Source: a virus (taxonomy: Duplodnaviria > Caudoviricetes). From it: a stretch of DNA of 54,913 nucleotides. Made by a program: the position numbers and the translations under genes. The stretch lies in IMG/VR virus record IMGVR_UViG_3300044695_005573, positions 1-54,913 of that record. One strand, 5' to 3'. Position 1 is the stretch's first letter, and every line of letters begins with the position of its first letter. Of the stretch, positions 18,373-25,678 are shown in pieces. Under the pieces are notes generated by a model. The model saw only the letters and a list, made by a program, of their open reading frames with translations. It was not told where the DNA came from and did no database searches.

Positions 18373-18399
18373 AAAAAAAGGGCCGCACATGGCGGCCCC
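18373..18399 (-). terminator. Intrinsic terminator ending the early island
   Basis: Minus strand GGGCCGC-CATGT-GCGGCCC followed by TTTTTTT. Confidence 0.85.
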
Positions 18400-18421
18400 T
18401 CAGTTAGCGCACGGGCGGGGA

Positions 18422-19078
18422 CTAGGCGGCTTCAGCGGCTTCAGCGGCTTCAGCGGCTTCAGCGGGTTCGGTGACTTCAGCGACTGCGATCGCGGACGGT
18501 GTGACCAGCCATGAGGGGTTATCCAACGGTTGCGGGTCGCCGCGCATGGGCATGATTACGCCCACGGCGTCGCCCGTCAGTACAACACGCGCAGCGGCGT
18601 CGCCGTTATGCCGGATGCTGGGCGAGTAGGCTCCCCCTAGCAGCTTGTGAACCTTGCCGAACGCGCCGATATAGTCCGCGTTGAATTGCGACACCTCGCC
18701 GGACACGGTGAGCGGTACAACCCTGCGCCAGTCGGGATACTTATCGTCCATCAGCGGGGAGGATGACACGGTGCTACCGTTGTCAATCGTCGCCGTGCGC
18801 GTGGTCGGGTCAATCGTTACGGTGATAGGACGCTTCAATACAGCCTTGACGCCTTCCAACGCCTCGCGCCGGATGATGTACTGACCAGGTACGAGCGCGG
18901 GCGCGTCATCGGTCGCGGTGAGTGCCACGGCTAGCAGCTTATGGCCGTCCGTTGCAACGGCTACAGCATCTGATGCGCGAACATCAATGCACACGGAATT
19001 CAAATAGTGGCGGATGTCGTTCTTGCCCGCGATAACGAGCAACGCTTTAATGGTGTCGGCGGGGGTATGAAATTGCAT
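18422..19078 (-). CDS. DNA polymerase III beta-clamp-like protein (two-domain, truncated)
   Basis: IRHYLNSV...AVATDGHKL...KYPDWRRVVP...FNADY...VIMPMR parallels the DnaN middle and C-terminal domain motifs (RYYLNG, VATDGHRL, FPDYRRVLP, VVMPMR). C-terminal 9-bp tandem repeat encodes AEA x4. Confidence 0.75.
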   Translation of the reverse strand: MQFHTPADTIKALLVIAGKNDIRHYLNSVCIDVRASDAVAVATDGHKLLAVALTATDDAPALVPGQYIIRREALEGVKAVLKRPITVTIDPTTRTATIDNGSTVSSSPLMDDKYPDWRRVVPLTVSGEVSQFNADYIGAFGKVHKLLGGAYSPSIRHNGDAAARVVLTGDAVGVIMPMRGDPQPLDNPSWLVTPSAIAVAEVTEPAEAAEAAEAAEAA

Positions 19079-19084
19079 GGTAGT

Positions 19085-19200
19085 GTCCTCTTTCTAACTT
19101 TCTATGGCGGGGCGGGATGCCCCGACGCGAATAGTAGCCGAAATCAAAAAAGGAATGCAAGCGAAAAAAAGGCCGCCGGAAAACAGCGGCACGGGCGGCC
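19085..19200 (-). promoter_or_regulatory. Early cassette module copy 1: terminator + sigma70-like promoter + hairpin + tandem AGAAAG/SD
   Basis: GGCCGCC..GGCGGCC-T7, then TTGCAT-N18-TACTAT, GGGGC-ATCCC-GCCCC and TAGAAAGTTAGAAAGAGGA. Confidence 0.8.
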
Positions 19201-19213
19201 CTTCATAAAGGGT

Positions 19214-19441
19214 CTACGCTGCTATCGTCGCGACATGGGGCGCGATGCGGAACGCGTCGCGGGTTGGCATATAGTCAAGGTGCCCGGCGGCTACCGCCCA
19301 TTGGCACTCCCGCAGGTGTTCAGCCAATGCAGCGTCAGCGTCGCCGTAGCTGTCGAAAGTTTCGGGGTCACCGTCTAGGCTCCACACATTCTCCCAATGG
19401 TTGCCGGTAAGGGTGAGCACTACCCATTGCTGCGCGGTCAT
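19214..19441 (-). CDS. Hypothetical early protein
   Basis: GGAGG SD, ATGA coupling; WENVW...PETFDSY..A motif. Confidence 0.7.
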   Translation of the reverse strand: MTAQQWVVLTLTGNHWENVWSLDGDPETFDSYGDADAALAEHLRECQWAVAAGHLDYMPTRDAFRIAPHVATIAA

Positions 19442-19728
19442 GCCTTATCCTCCGCCTTAATATCGTCGAGCATATGCGTGGCGATCTCGTACCAGTTGAC
19501 ATCCTTCAGGAAGGCACGGGCGTAGTCCCCGGCGAGACATTCTAACGAGCCATCCTGCGTAACAACGCTATCGGCGTATTCTTCCAACAGTTGGCCAAGG
19601 CCGTAGGCGTCATCGTCGGCGACTTCGGTCGGGTACAAATCGCGGATGTCCAGACAGTCGAATATCTCTAGCGCAACGCGCCAAGTGGCGTAGTTAGTCC
19701 AGCCGTTGTACTTGGTGTCGGTCGTCAT
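19438..19728 (-). CDS. Early protein of the YNGWTNY.TW family (true start 19728)
   Basis: MTTDTKYNGWTNYATWRVALE...DVNWYEIA; directly follows cassette module copy 2. Confidence 0.75.
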   Translation of the reverse strand: MTTDTKYNGWTNYATWRVALEIFDCLDIRDLYPTEVADDDAYGLGQLLEEYADSVVTQDGSLECLAGDYARAFLKDVNWYEIATHMLDDIKAEDKA

Positions 19729-19736
19729 GGTGGATT

Positions 19737-19850
19737 GTCCTCTTTCTAACTTTCTAGGGGGGCGGGATGCCCCGACGCGAATAGTAATACGAAACAAAAA
19801 CGGGATGCAAGCGAAAAAAAGGCCGCCGCTGTATGGGGCGTCCGGCGGGC
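19737..19850 (-). promoter_or_regulatory. Early cassette module copy 2
   Basis: Near-identical to 19085..19168: CCGCCG..CGGCGG-CC-T7, TTGCAT-N18-TACTAT, same hairpin, TAGAAAGTTAGAAAGAGGA. Confidence 0.8.
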
Positions 19851-19852
19851 AG

Positions 19853-20056
19853 TTACAAGGAAGGGGGCGCACCTTTAGCGATAGCGTTAAAGGCTAGCCA
19901 GTAATTCAGGGCGGCGCGATAGTCATCGCACCGAATCCGGTCATGCAGCTCGCCGCGTGCGTCGCGCACGAGCACGGTATAAGGCGCGTCATGGCTGGCG
20001 GTTTTCTCCAACATGGCTAGCCAGCCGTTACGGTGGATTTTAAGTTTAGTCTTCAT
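19853..20056 (-). CDS. Hypothetical early protein (true start 20056)
   Basis: MKTKLKIHRNGWLAMLEK...; GGAG SD. Confidence 0.65.
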   Translation of the reverse strand: MKTKLKIHRNGWLAMLEKTASHDAPYTVLVRDARGELHDRIRCDDYRAALNYWLAFNAIAKGAPPSL

Positions 20057-20075
20057 GCCTTGGGTGTCTCCGTAG

Positions 20076-20303
20076 TTACTGGGCGGTGATCTGGCAATAA
20101 TCGGCACAGTCATAGCGGCGGCCGACGGACATATAAAGAGACTTGCCGGACACCTTGAAAAACGGACGGCCAGCCGCAGCAAATTGTGCGGCGGTTTTCG
20201 GGGTTACTTTAGTAACACGCAACGCAGTAGCGACATAAATAGTTTTGCCAGACGCTAACGCATCGGTAATCCATGACAGGGTTTCGGCGGCGGGGTTTTT
20301 CAT
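20076..20303 (-). CDS. Hypothetical early protein (true start 20303)
   Basis: MKNPAAETLSWITDAL...; follows AGAAAGGAG of module copy 3. Confidence 0.7.
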   Translation of the reverse strand: MKNPAAETLSWITDALASGKTIYVATALRVTKVTPKTAAQFAAAGRPFFKVSGKSLYMSVGRRYDCADYCQITAQ

Positions 20304-20312
20304 GGTGTGTCG

Positions 20313-20366
20313 TCTCCTTTCTAACTTTCTATGGAGATAGTACTCGAAAACAAAAACGAAATGCAA
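20313..20366 (-). promoter_or_regulatory. Early cassette module copy 3 (no hairpin)
   Basis: TTGCAT-N18-TACTAT then TAGAAAGTTAGAAAGGAG. Confidence 0.75.
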
Positions 20367-20375
20367 GCCCCCTTC

Positions 20376-20549
20376 CTATGTCTCGTCCTCTTCGATGCTC
20401 AAAGTCTCCTCCTCGTACCGCTCATCCTCGCCGTCACACAAGACACTAAAGTCCTCATGCGCGGCGACATACGCATCGTCCTCGTTCTCTGCCTCGACCG
20501 TCACCGTCTTGGTCACAGTTGCACGAATCGTCACTCTGTAGGTCTTCAT
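20376..20549 (-). CDS. Small acidic protein (DpnD/PcfM-like pattern)
   Basis: MKTYRVTIRATVTKTVTVEAENEDDA; ATGA coupling; GAGG SD. Confidence 0.65.
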   Translation of the reverse strand: MKTYRVTIRATVTKTVTVEAENEDDAYVAAHEDFSVLCDGEDERYEEETLSIEEDET

Positions 20550-20746
20550 GCCTCGTCCGCCTCGTTTTCGTAGGTGTGCCACGGGTTGCCGCAGTTATCC
20601 AAAATCTCGTCGTCGGTCATCTCTTGCAGTCTGCACACGATGGCGTGACGCAGCTCTTGCCCCGTGACCTCGCCTTCCGGCGAGTCGTTCTCCAGCTCGA
20701 AACCGAAAGCGAACGCGTGGTTGAACCGCGCCATATGCTTGCTCAT
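20546..20746 (-). CDS. Small acidic early protein
   Basis: GGAGG SD; ATGA coupling at both ends. Confidence 0.65.
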   Translation of the reverse strand: MSKHMARFNHAFAFGFELENDSPEGEVTGQELRHAIVCRLQEMTDDEILDNCGNPWHTYENEADEA

Positions 20747-21108
20747 GCCTTGTCCTCCCCGCCAAAACTAGCCGCGTCACCATCTGCATAGGCCAACGCC
20801 TCAGCAATGTAGCCGTGCGCCTCGCTGCCCTCTTCGACTAACCCATACGCCGCACGCAAAGCGGTCGCAATGCGAGTCAGTTTTTCGCCATCGCTTATCT
20901 CGTCGTCGTCCTCGTCGTCGGCGTCCCACTCTGTATAGTAAGAATCGCCCTCGCAGTCATCGCACCAGTCCTCCCATTCCTCGAGAGTGAAGTGCTTATG
21001 CAAGCACTCGTCGCTGCAGTAGTAAGCCCTGCCACCGTCGAAACAGTAGCCCTCGTTCATGCCCTTACCGCACTCCGAACAGGTGCGAGCGTGCTTCTTG
21101 TAGGCCAT
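20743..21108 (-). CDS. Acidic zinc-finger early protein
   Basis: CSECGKGMNEGY...YYCSDEC (treble-clef-like) followed by a very acidic segment. Confidence 0.7.
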   Translation of the reverse strand: MAYKKHARTCSECGKGMNEGYCFDGGRAYYCSDECLHKHFTLEEWEDWCDDCEGDSYYTEWDADDEDDDEISDGEKLTRIATALRAAYGLVEEGSEAHGYIAEALAYADGDAASFGGEDKA

Positions 21109-21117
21109 GGTGACTTT

Positions 21118-21185
21118 CTCCTTTCTAACTTTCTAGGGGGCACGATGCCCGAGATGAATCCTATCAACTCGTCAACCGTTGTCAA
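21118..21185 (-). promoter_or_regulatory. Early cassette module copy 4
   Basis: TTGACA-N16-TAGGAT, GGGCA-TCG-TGCCC hairpin, TAGAAAGTTAGAAAGGAG. Confidence 0.75.
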
Positions 21186-21253
21186 CTACTTTCGATTCCT
21201 CTTCAACCTACCCTCCCCCGAACATCTGGCTTCTTTCTCCTTTCTGGTGAGAC

Positions 21254-21379
21254 CTAGCGGCCCCTTCGGTGCAGTATCGATTGCCAAAGCATGAAAAGTA
21301 CGAAACGCACAATGTTCTTTTTTGGTGGCGGTTCATCCGGTAGTTTCAACGGCCCCGGGGGGAACGGTTTCCTTTTCAT
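21254..21379 (-). CDS. Possible 41-aa protein
   Basis: MKRKPFPPGPLKLPDEPPPKKNIVRFVLFMLWQSILHRRGR fills the gap; weak SD. Confidence 0.35.
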   Translation of the reverse strand: MKRKPFPPGPLKLPDEPPPKKNIVRFVLFMLWQSILHRRGR

Positions 21380-21416
21380 TCGGGCGCCACCGGAAGTGCC
21401 CGGACAACATGAATGT

Positions 21417-21614
21417 TCATGTGTTGTCTCCCTCGCCGATAGTCTCCTCGTACTCAGTCCGCAACTCCTCCTCGTCCATGTTGCTGTAACCGATGAAGCC
21501 CGACTCTAGGTAGTCGCCAAGCAGCGCGGTGTCGCCGCGTGACATTGCTTCGCGGATGTAGTCAATCGCTTCGAGCGTCAACGCCTCAACCATTTCGGCG
21601 CGTGTCTTGTTCAT
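21417..21614 (-). CDS. Small acidic early protein
   Basis: GGAGG SD; ...GFIGYSNMDEEELRTEYEE. Confidence 0.7.
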   Translation of the reverse strand: MNKTRAEMVEALTLEAIDYIREAMSRGDTALLGDYLESGFIGYSNMDEEELRTEYEETIGEGDNT

Positions 21615-21751
21615 GCAGCCTCCGATTCGCTTTCGTATGGTGCGGTTTCAATTCCGCAGTGCGGACAGTCATCGCTGCACTCGCATTCCCAACTGTCCTG
21701 CCACAATAGATCGCAGGATTCGCAAAAGTAGTAACTAGTGAGGGTGTTCAT
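21611..21751 (-). CDS. 46-aa Cys-rich zinc-ribbon protein (not in ORF track)
   Basis: MNTLTSYYFCESCDLLWQDSWECECSDDCPHCGIETAPYESESEAA; ATGA overlaps at both ends. Confidence 0.7.
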   Translation of the reverse strand: MNTLTSYYFCESCDLLWQDSWECECSDDCPHCGIETAPYESESEAA

Positions 21752-22185
21752 GCTGTCACCTGCTTAGTGTTCAAAGCCTCTGAAACGCAAACGCCTAGTG
21801 CGCTTGCCCCGGCTTCTACTATGTCTTCTCCCGGATAGACGCTGAAAATCACGCTATCGTCGCGCGCGCCATCGATCCACGCTTCGTAGGTGTCCGCTAC
21901 GCCGCAGTCGTCCGCTACGCCGCAGTCATCGAAAGCGTCCTCTTCTCCCAAATGCTCGACTACTTGATACACCACACGCTCGCATGAGTGTCGCGTCGAT
22001 CTGCGCGACCATCGCTGCTCGTTGGAGCCGACGATCCAGACCCAGCCGCCGTGGACTTGGGTTGCGTAGCCGCTGTAGGTCTCCACGCGATCACGAATTT
22101 GCTGCTCGTAGTCGCGCTCCGTTTCCTGCGACTCGTGGCCCCAATCACCGAAACGCTCGTCGTTTCGCACAATTTCATTTTTCAT
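21748..22185 (-). CDS. Acidic early protein
   Basis: First gene after module copy 5; internal 18-bp tandem duplication (DDCGVA x2). Confidence 0.65.
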   Translation of the reverse strand: MKNEIVRNDERFGDWGHESQETERDYEQQIRDRVETYSGYATQVHGGWVWIVGSNEQRWSRRSTRHSCERVVYQVVEHLGEEDAFDDCGVADDCGVADTYEAWIDGARDDSVIFSVYPGEDIVEAGASALGVCVSEALNTKQVTA

Positions 22186-22192
22186 AGCCTAG

Positions 22193-22245
22193 CCTCTTTC
22201 TGACTTTCTACGCTGGAACATCCCAGCCCCGCGAATCTATACCAA
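22193..22245 (-). promoter_or_regulatory. Early cassette module copy 5 (divergent)
   Basis: TATAGAT -10-like element, GCTGG-GATGTT-CCAGC hairpin, TAGAAAGTCAGAAAGAGG. Confidence 0.6.
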
Positions 22246-22249
22246 CGGC

Positions 22250-22672
22250 TCACGCCTCCGCAAGGGTGTACATCAGCATGTTCCACGGGACCGCACCGTA
22301 GTGATAGCCCACAACGGGGTCCGTATCGATGCCGGACTTCGCGAGCTCGAACACTTGTCGACCCGCATACAGCAACAACCGCCCTTCCCTCGAGGCCACT
22401 TTGCCGGGCGGCACATACAGCACCAAAATGAAGGTACGCACCCCAAGCTCCGCGTGCCGGGCGTGAAAGGCAATCTGATGCGGCGACAAAGCCACCTTGC
22501 GCCCGCGTTTCACCACCTTCAGCTCGACCGGGACAAACTCCCCCGTCTGCTTCAACGCGATGAAGCAGTCCGGGATGCCCAGATTTACCCGCGACTCAAT
22601 CCGGGTAATAAGGCAGTTTGGGAGGTTTTCCTTTAGCCTTTGGTACAGGCTTGTTTCGGGCTTTGACGGCAT
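22250..22672 (-). CDS. PD-(D/E)XK nuclease, VRR-NUC / Holliday junction resolvase-like (true start 22672)
   Basis: PETSLYQRLK...TRIES...GIPD...VELK...LSPHQIAFH. Confidence 0.75.
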   Translation of the reverse strand: MPSKPETSLYQRLKENLPNCLITRIESRVNLGIPDCFIALKQTGEFVPVELKVVKRGRKVALSPHQIAFHARHAELGVRTFILVLYVPPGKVASREGRLLLYAGRQVFELAKSGIDTDPVVGYHYGAVPWNMLMYTLAEA

Positions 22673-23309
22673 CCACAGGCTCCTCGGAGGGCTCCGGTTC
22701 GGGGGGTTCCAACTGGATCGGCTCCTCGAGGCTTTCCTCCACCTGCTGCGGCGTGACATCGATGATGGGGCTGCCGTTGCCGTAGAGCTTCTTGATTTCC
22801 TCGAGCTTGCGCATGACCTCCTCCTTACTCATGGAGTCAATCGTGCCGTGCCGAATCTCCTTGCGGTCGATGTAAATCGTCCCAAGGGCCTGCCCTCGAC
22901 GATACTCGGCCTGTACGGCGGCCCCGTAGGCCCCCGCGGACAGCGCTTGGTCCCGGATGACCTGAAGGTCCCGCATGTGCCGCTCGTAGGTCGTGCCGTA
23001 CTTCTCGGCCATCTCCGCCCGGACCTTCTGGATGGCCGCGACGATGTGCGGGTTGACATCCGGGTTGGTCAGATCCTCCGCCCTACGCTTGGCGTTCTTC
23101 TCGGGCCACCCTGCACGAACCACGGCCTCCTGCAACGTCACATGGCCGTCCCCCGACACAAACTCGTGGACGAACTTCCATTCCTGCGTCGTGAGCTCGC
23201 GGCTCTTATGGGGCTTTACGGGCCGTGCCAGCTTCTCCAGCGTCTGGGGCTGGATACCCCTGCCCATCTTCTTGCTGAACTCCTTGTCGGCCTTGCTGCG
23301 CAGTTTCAC
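22596..23309 (-). CDS. terS: Terminase small subunit
   Basis: LTTQEWKFVHEFV...QEAVVRAGW...HIVAAIQ HTH-type N-terminus and ALSAGAYGAAVQAE oligomerisation helices. GTG at 23309 overlaps the upstream TGA; GGAGG SD. Confidence 0.7.
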   Translation of the reverse strand: MKLRSKADKEFSKKMGRGIQPQTLEKLARPVKPHKSRELTTQEWKFVHEFVSGDGHVTLQEAVVRAGWPEKNAKRRAEDLTNPDVNPHIVAAIQKVRAEMAEKYGTTYERHMRDLQVIRDQALSAGAYGAAVQAEYRRGQALGTIYIDRKEIRHGTIDSMSKEEVMRKLEEIKKLYGNGSPIIDVTPQQVEESLEEPIQLEPPEPEPSEEPVDAVKARNKPVPKAKGKPPKLPYYPD

Positions 23310-23521
23310 GCCACCCTCCAGACCCGCCAGCCGTCCTCGACCTTCCGGCACGAAAACTTCGTCCCGTGGCGCTTGGAGAACATCCACGCGGCACTACGGG
23401 CGTTCTTGGCCGACTCGGCATCGGCTAACAGGAAACTGTCCCCTACGGCCATGACAGGGAATGGGTACTTCTCCCGCTGGGCTTCGGCGGGGATGGGTAT
23501 GCCTGAGTCAACTCTTAACAT
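23306..23521 (-). CDS. Small conserved phage protein (possible DNA-binding)
   Basis: GIPIP...KYPF..M.VGDSF...RKVEDGWRVWRV; TAGACT 6 nt before ATG suggests a leaderless transcript. Confidence 0.7.
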   Translation of the reverse strand: MLRVDSGIPIPAEAQREKYPFPVMAVGDSFLLADAESAKNARSAAWMFSKRHGTKFSCRKVEDGWRVWRVA

Positions 23522-23571
23522 GCCACTAGTCTACTCCGAGCAATTCGGGATCGTCTAGGGGCTAGAGGCCG

Positions 23572-23788
23572 CGGTAGTAGAACCTCAGAGGGGTCTACTA
23601 GTTTTTCATTTCAGAAAAACGACCCGCGCGCGCACCCCAGAGAAATTACCCCTATTGAACCTCCGTAAGTCTCCGTGTAGCTCTAACACGTTGATCTACA
23701 AACCTTCTTACGCCTATTACGGCATTACGGTGAATTTTAAAAATTTTTGAAAAAAAATTCACTAGACCCCTCTGGGGTTCTACTGCCG
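23572..23788. other. Structured intergenic region, candidate replication origin
   Basis: 26-bp inverted repeat (24/26 match) enclosing internal hairpins, TTACG x3 and an A/T tract. Confidence 0.5.
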
Positions 23789-23868
23789 GCGTGTTTCGGG
23801 CACTTTTGTATACTTTTCATTGACCGGACTGGTATATTGCCCCGTGGTCCATGGTCCATGGTGAACAA

Positions 23869-24153
23869 ATGAAGCAAGTTGACCTTGAACATATTGACAG
23901 GTGGTACGCCTACGATCCGAACACGGGGGAGGTCTACCGTAAAACGACCTACGCCACCCTCTGCACCCCCGATGGTTATGGTGGGTACAAGGCCAGTATT
24001 CGCGGCAGGATGTGTTCGGTTCACAAGATCGCGTGGTTCTTGAGCCACGGCGAATGGCCCACGTTCCAGTTACGGCACCGGGATGGGGATCGCCGTAACA
24101 ACCGGATCGAGAACTTGGAGCCGGTGTCGCTGAAGCGGGCTAACGCAGCCTAG
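23869..24153 (+). CDS. HNH homing endonuclease (HNH_3-like)
   Basis: YDPNTG...GY...VHKIAWFLSHGEWP...HRDGDRRNNRIENL; antisense to neighbours. Confidence 0.8.
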   Translation: MKQVDLEHIDRWYAYDPNTGEVYRKTTYATLCTPDGYGGYKASIRGRMCSVHKIAWFLSHGEWPTFQLRHRDGDRRNNRIENLEPVSLKRANAA

Positions 24154-24183
24154 AAAAACCCCCGGGTCTTTCGACCCGGGGTC
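24154..24183 (-). terminator. Intrinsic terminator of the replication/middle operon
   Basis: Minus strand CCCCGGGTC-GAAA-GACCCGGGG then GTTTTT; same GTC-GAAA-GAC cap as the MCP terminator. Confidence 0.8.
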
Positions 24184-24235
24184 CGCGGCAGGTGATGGCT
24201 TGGGGTCTGGAGGAGCGCCGCGGGAAACCTGAGCT

Positions 24236-24484
24236 TTACTGGACGCCGGCGCCCATGGCCTTCTTGAAGTCCCCTTCGAGCATACGGGCGGCCGTGCGGC
24301 CGGTCATGATTTCGCCGAATTCGATTTCGGAGATATCGACCTCGAGGGGGCCTGGGACGAGTCCAGGAACAACGACCACGGGCCCGACGAGCCCGTAGCG
24401 TGTGCCGTTGATCGTGAGGGTGATCATCTGCACGAGTGGGGCGCGGTCCGGTTCCTCGAGGCTTAGGTCGTCCATGTCGTTCAT
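24236..24484 (-). CDS. Hypothetical protein
   Basis: ATGA coupling at 24484; start uncertain. Confidence 0.55.
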   Translation of the reverse strand: MNDMDDLSLEEPDRAPLVQMITLTINGTRYGLVGPVVVVPGLVPGPLEVDISEIEFGEIMTGRTAARMLEGDFKKAMGAGVQ

Positions 24485-24717
24485 TCCCTGATGTTGCGCT
24501 TGGCGTCGAGCCAATGCAAATCGAGCAGCAGTCGCTCGATGTGCGAGGACAGCCCGTCGCGTTCCTGTTTGAGCCCTTTGACTTCCTCTGCGAGGGACTC
24601 GAGGAGGACGTTTTGGACTTCGATGCGTCGGCGCAGCGCGAAGACATACTCCCGGAGCTGGAGGTCGTGGATCGGGATGGGCGGGTCGTCGGTCGAGTTG
24701 ATCGCGGGGACTAGCAT
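24481..24717 (-). CDS. Hypothetical coiled-coil protein
   Basis: GAGGGAG SD; overlaps upstream stop. Confidence 0.6.
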   Translation of the reverse strand: MLVPAINSTDDPPIPIHDLQLREYVFALRRRIEVQNVLLESLAEEVKGLKQERDGLSSHIERLLLDLHWLDAKRNIRE

Positions 24718-24917
24718 GTTGCGGTCTCCCTCTCGTAGTAGCCTTCTTGGTTCAGGATGGCGCGTACCATGCTCTCAGCGGCGAGGGCGTCCTCGACCAG
24801 CGGCCGGAGGGCCTTGGTCCGTGGCTCGTGGTTATAGCCTCCTGTGAGCTCGAGGGTGAGCCCTTGGAGGGCCATGTTGGCCTCGTGGAGGGCGAGGAGG
24901 GTGTCTTTGCGGTTCAT
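24711..24917 (-). CDS. Hypothetical protein (true start 24917)
   Basis: MNRKDTLLALHEANMALQG...; ATGA coupling; GGGGGA SD. Confidence 0.6.
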   Translation of the reverse strand: MNRKDTLLALHEANMALQGLTLELTGGYNHEPRTKALRPLVEDALAAESMVRAILNQEGYYERETATC

Positions 24918-25432
24918 CGTGGGGTCCCCCGCAGCCGGTCGGAGATGAGCTTGGCGTAGCCGGCGATATCGTCCCAGTTGTCGACCTTGTCGGGGTTGCC
25001 GTTGACGATACGGGACATCTTGCTGGCGATCATCTCGAGGGCTTCCCATTGGTCGTCGGCGAAGGTGCGGCCGTGGTCTGAGGCGTGGTCGGCCATGGCG
25101 CGTTTGAGGGCTTGGGCGAGGCGGGAGTTATCGGCGAAGGTGCCGTAGTCCGTGGCCCGTGAGTCGAGGATATCGTCGATGGGGTCTTTGTCCGTTGTCT
25201 TGAGGTCATCGAAGAGTGCTGTGGTCTCCTCGTTGCTGAGGAGGGCGGCGTTCCACTCGCGCGCGTCGGCCTCGGACTTCCCTGCGGCCTTCTCGCGAAG
25301 CTTGTAGGCGTAGGGGATGGAGATCCCGAAACGCTTGGCGACGGCGCTGACCTTGGCGCCGGGGCTGTCGTGGAACCAGTTGATGGCGCGTTGGGCGGCA
25401 TCGGACTTCTTCAGTTTCTTACCGGATTTCAT
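24914..25432 (-). CDS. HTH + DUF6378-like domain protein (true start 25432)
   Basis: KVSAVAKRFGISIPYAYKL (HTH), then ILDSRATDYG.F...KMSRIVNG.P...NWDDIAGYA; family name from memory. Confidence 0.7.
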   Translation of the reverse strand: MKSGKKLKKSDAAQRAINWFHDSPGAKVSAVAKRFGISIPYAYKLREKAAGKSEADAREWNAALLSNEETTALFDDLKTTDKDPIDDILDSRATDYGTFADNSRLAQALKRAMADHASDHGRTFADDQWEALEMIASKMSRIVNGNPDKVDNWDDIAGYAKLISDRLRGTPR

Positions 25433-25649
25433 TGGGCACTTCCTTCTGTTGGTAAAGATAGGCGACACAAGAGGGTGGGAAAGCCGCTTCGCCTGAGTCG
25501 TAGGCACAGGCCGCGGCGATCGGGTCGGAGGCGCTGTTGATGTACTCTGTTCTCAGATGCAAGTCGTACGCGCAGTACGCAAAAACACTGAGAAGAATAG
25601 AGCCAAGCACGCCGCAGACAGCAACAAAAAACTTTATATCACTTTCCAT
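25419..25649 (-). CDS. Small membrane protein (true start 25649)
   Basis: One TM helix; preceded by TAGAAAGCATAGAAAGGAG. Confidence 0.65.
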   Translation of the reverse strand: MESDIKFFVAVCGVLGSILLSVFAYCAYDLHLRTEYINSASDPIAAACAYDSGEAAFPPSCVAYLYQQKEVPNEIR

Positions 25650-25678
25650 TTCAATCTCCTTTCTATGCTTTCTAACGA

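Noticed and set aside
17821-18474. Six overlapping ORFs of 99-217 aa across the heptamer array
   Set aside because: Low-complexity translations of a T-free 7-bp repeat that cannot contain + strand stops; no SD or protein-like composition.
19085-22245. Repeats in the early island as a CRISPR array or integron attC sites
   Set aside because: Spacing is 0.6-1 kb with whole genes between copies, the repeats contain promoter and SD elements, and no cas or integrase gene is present.
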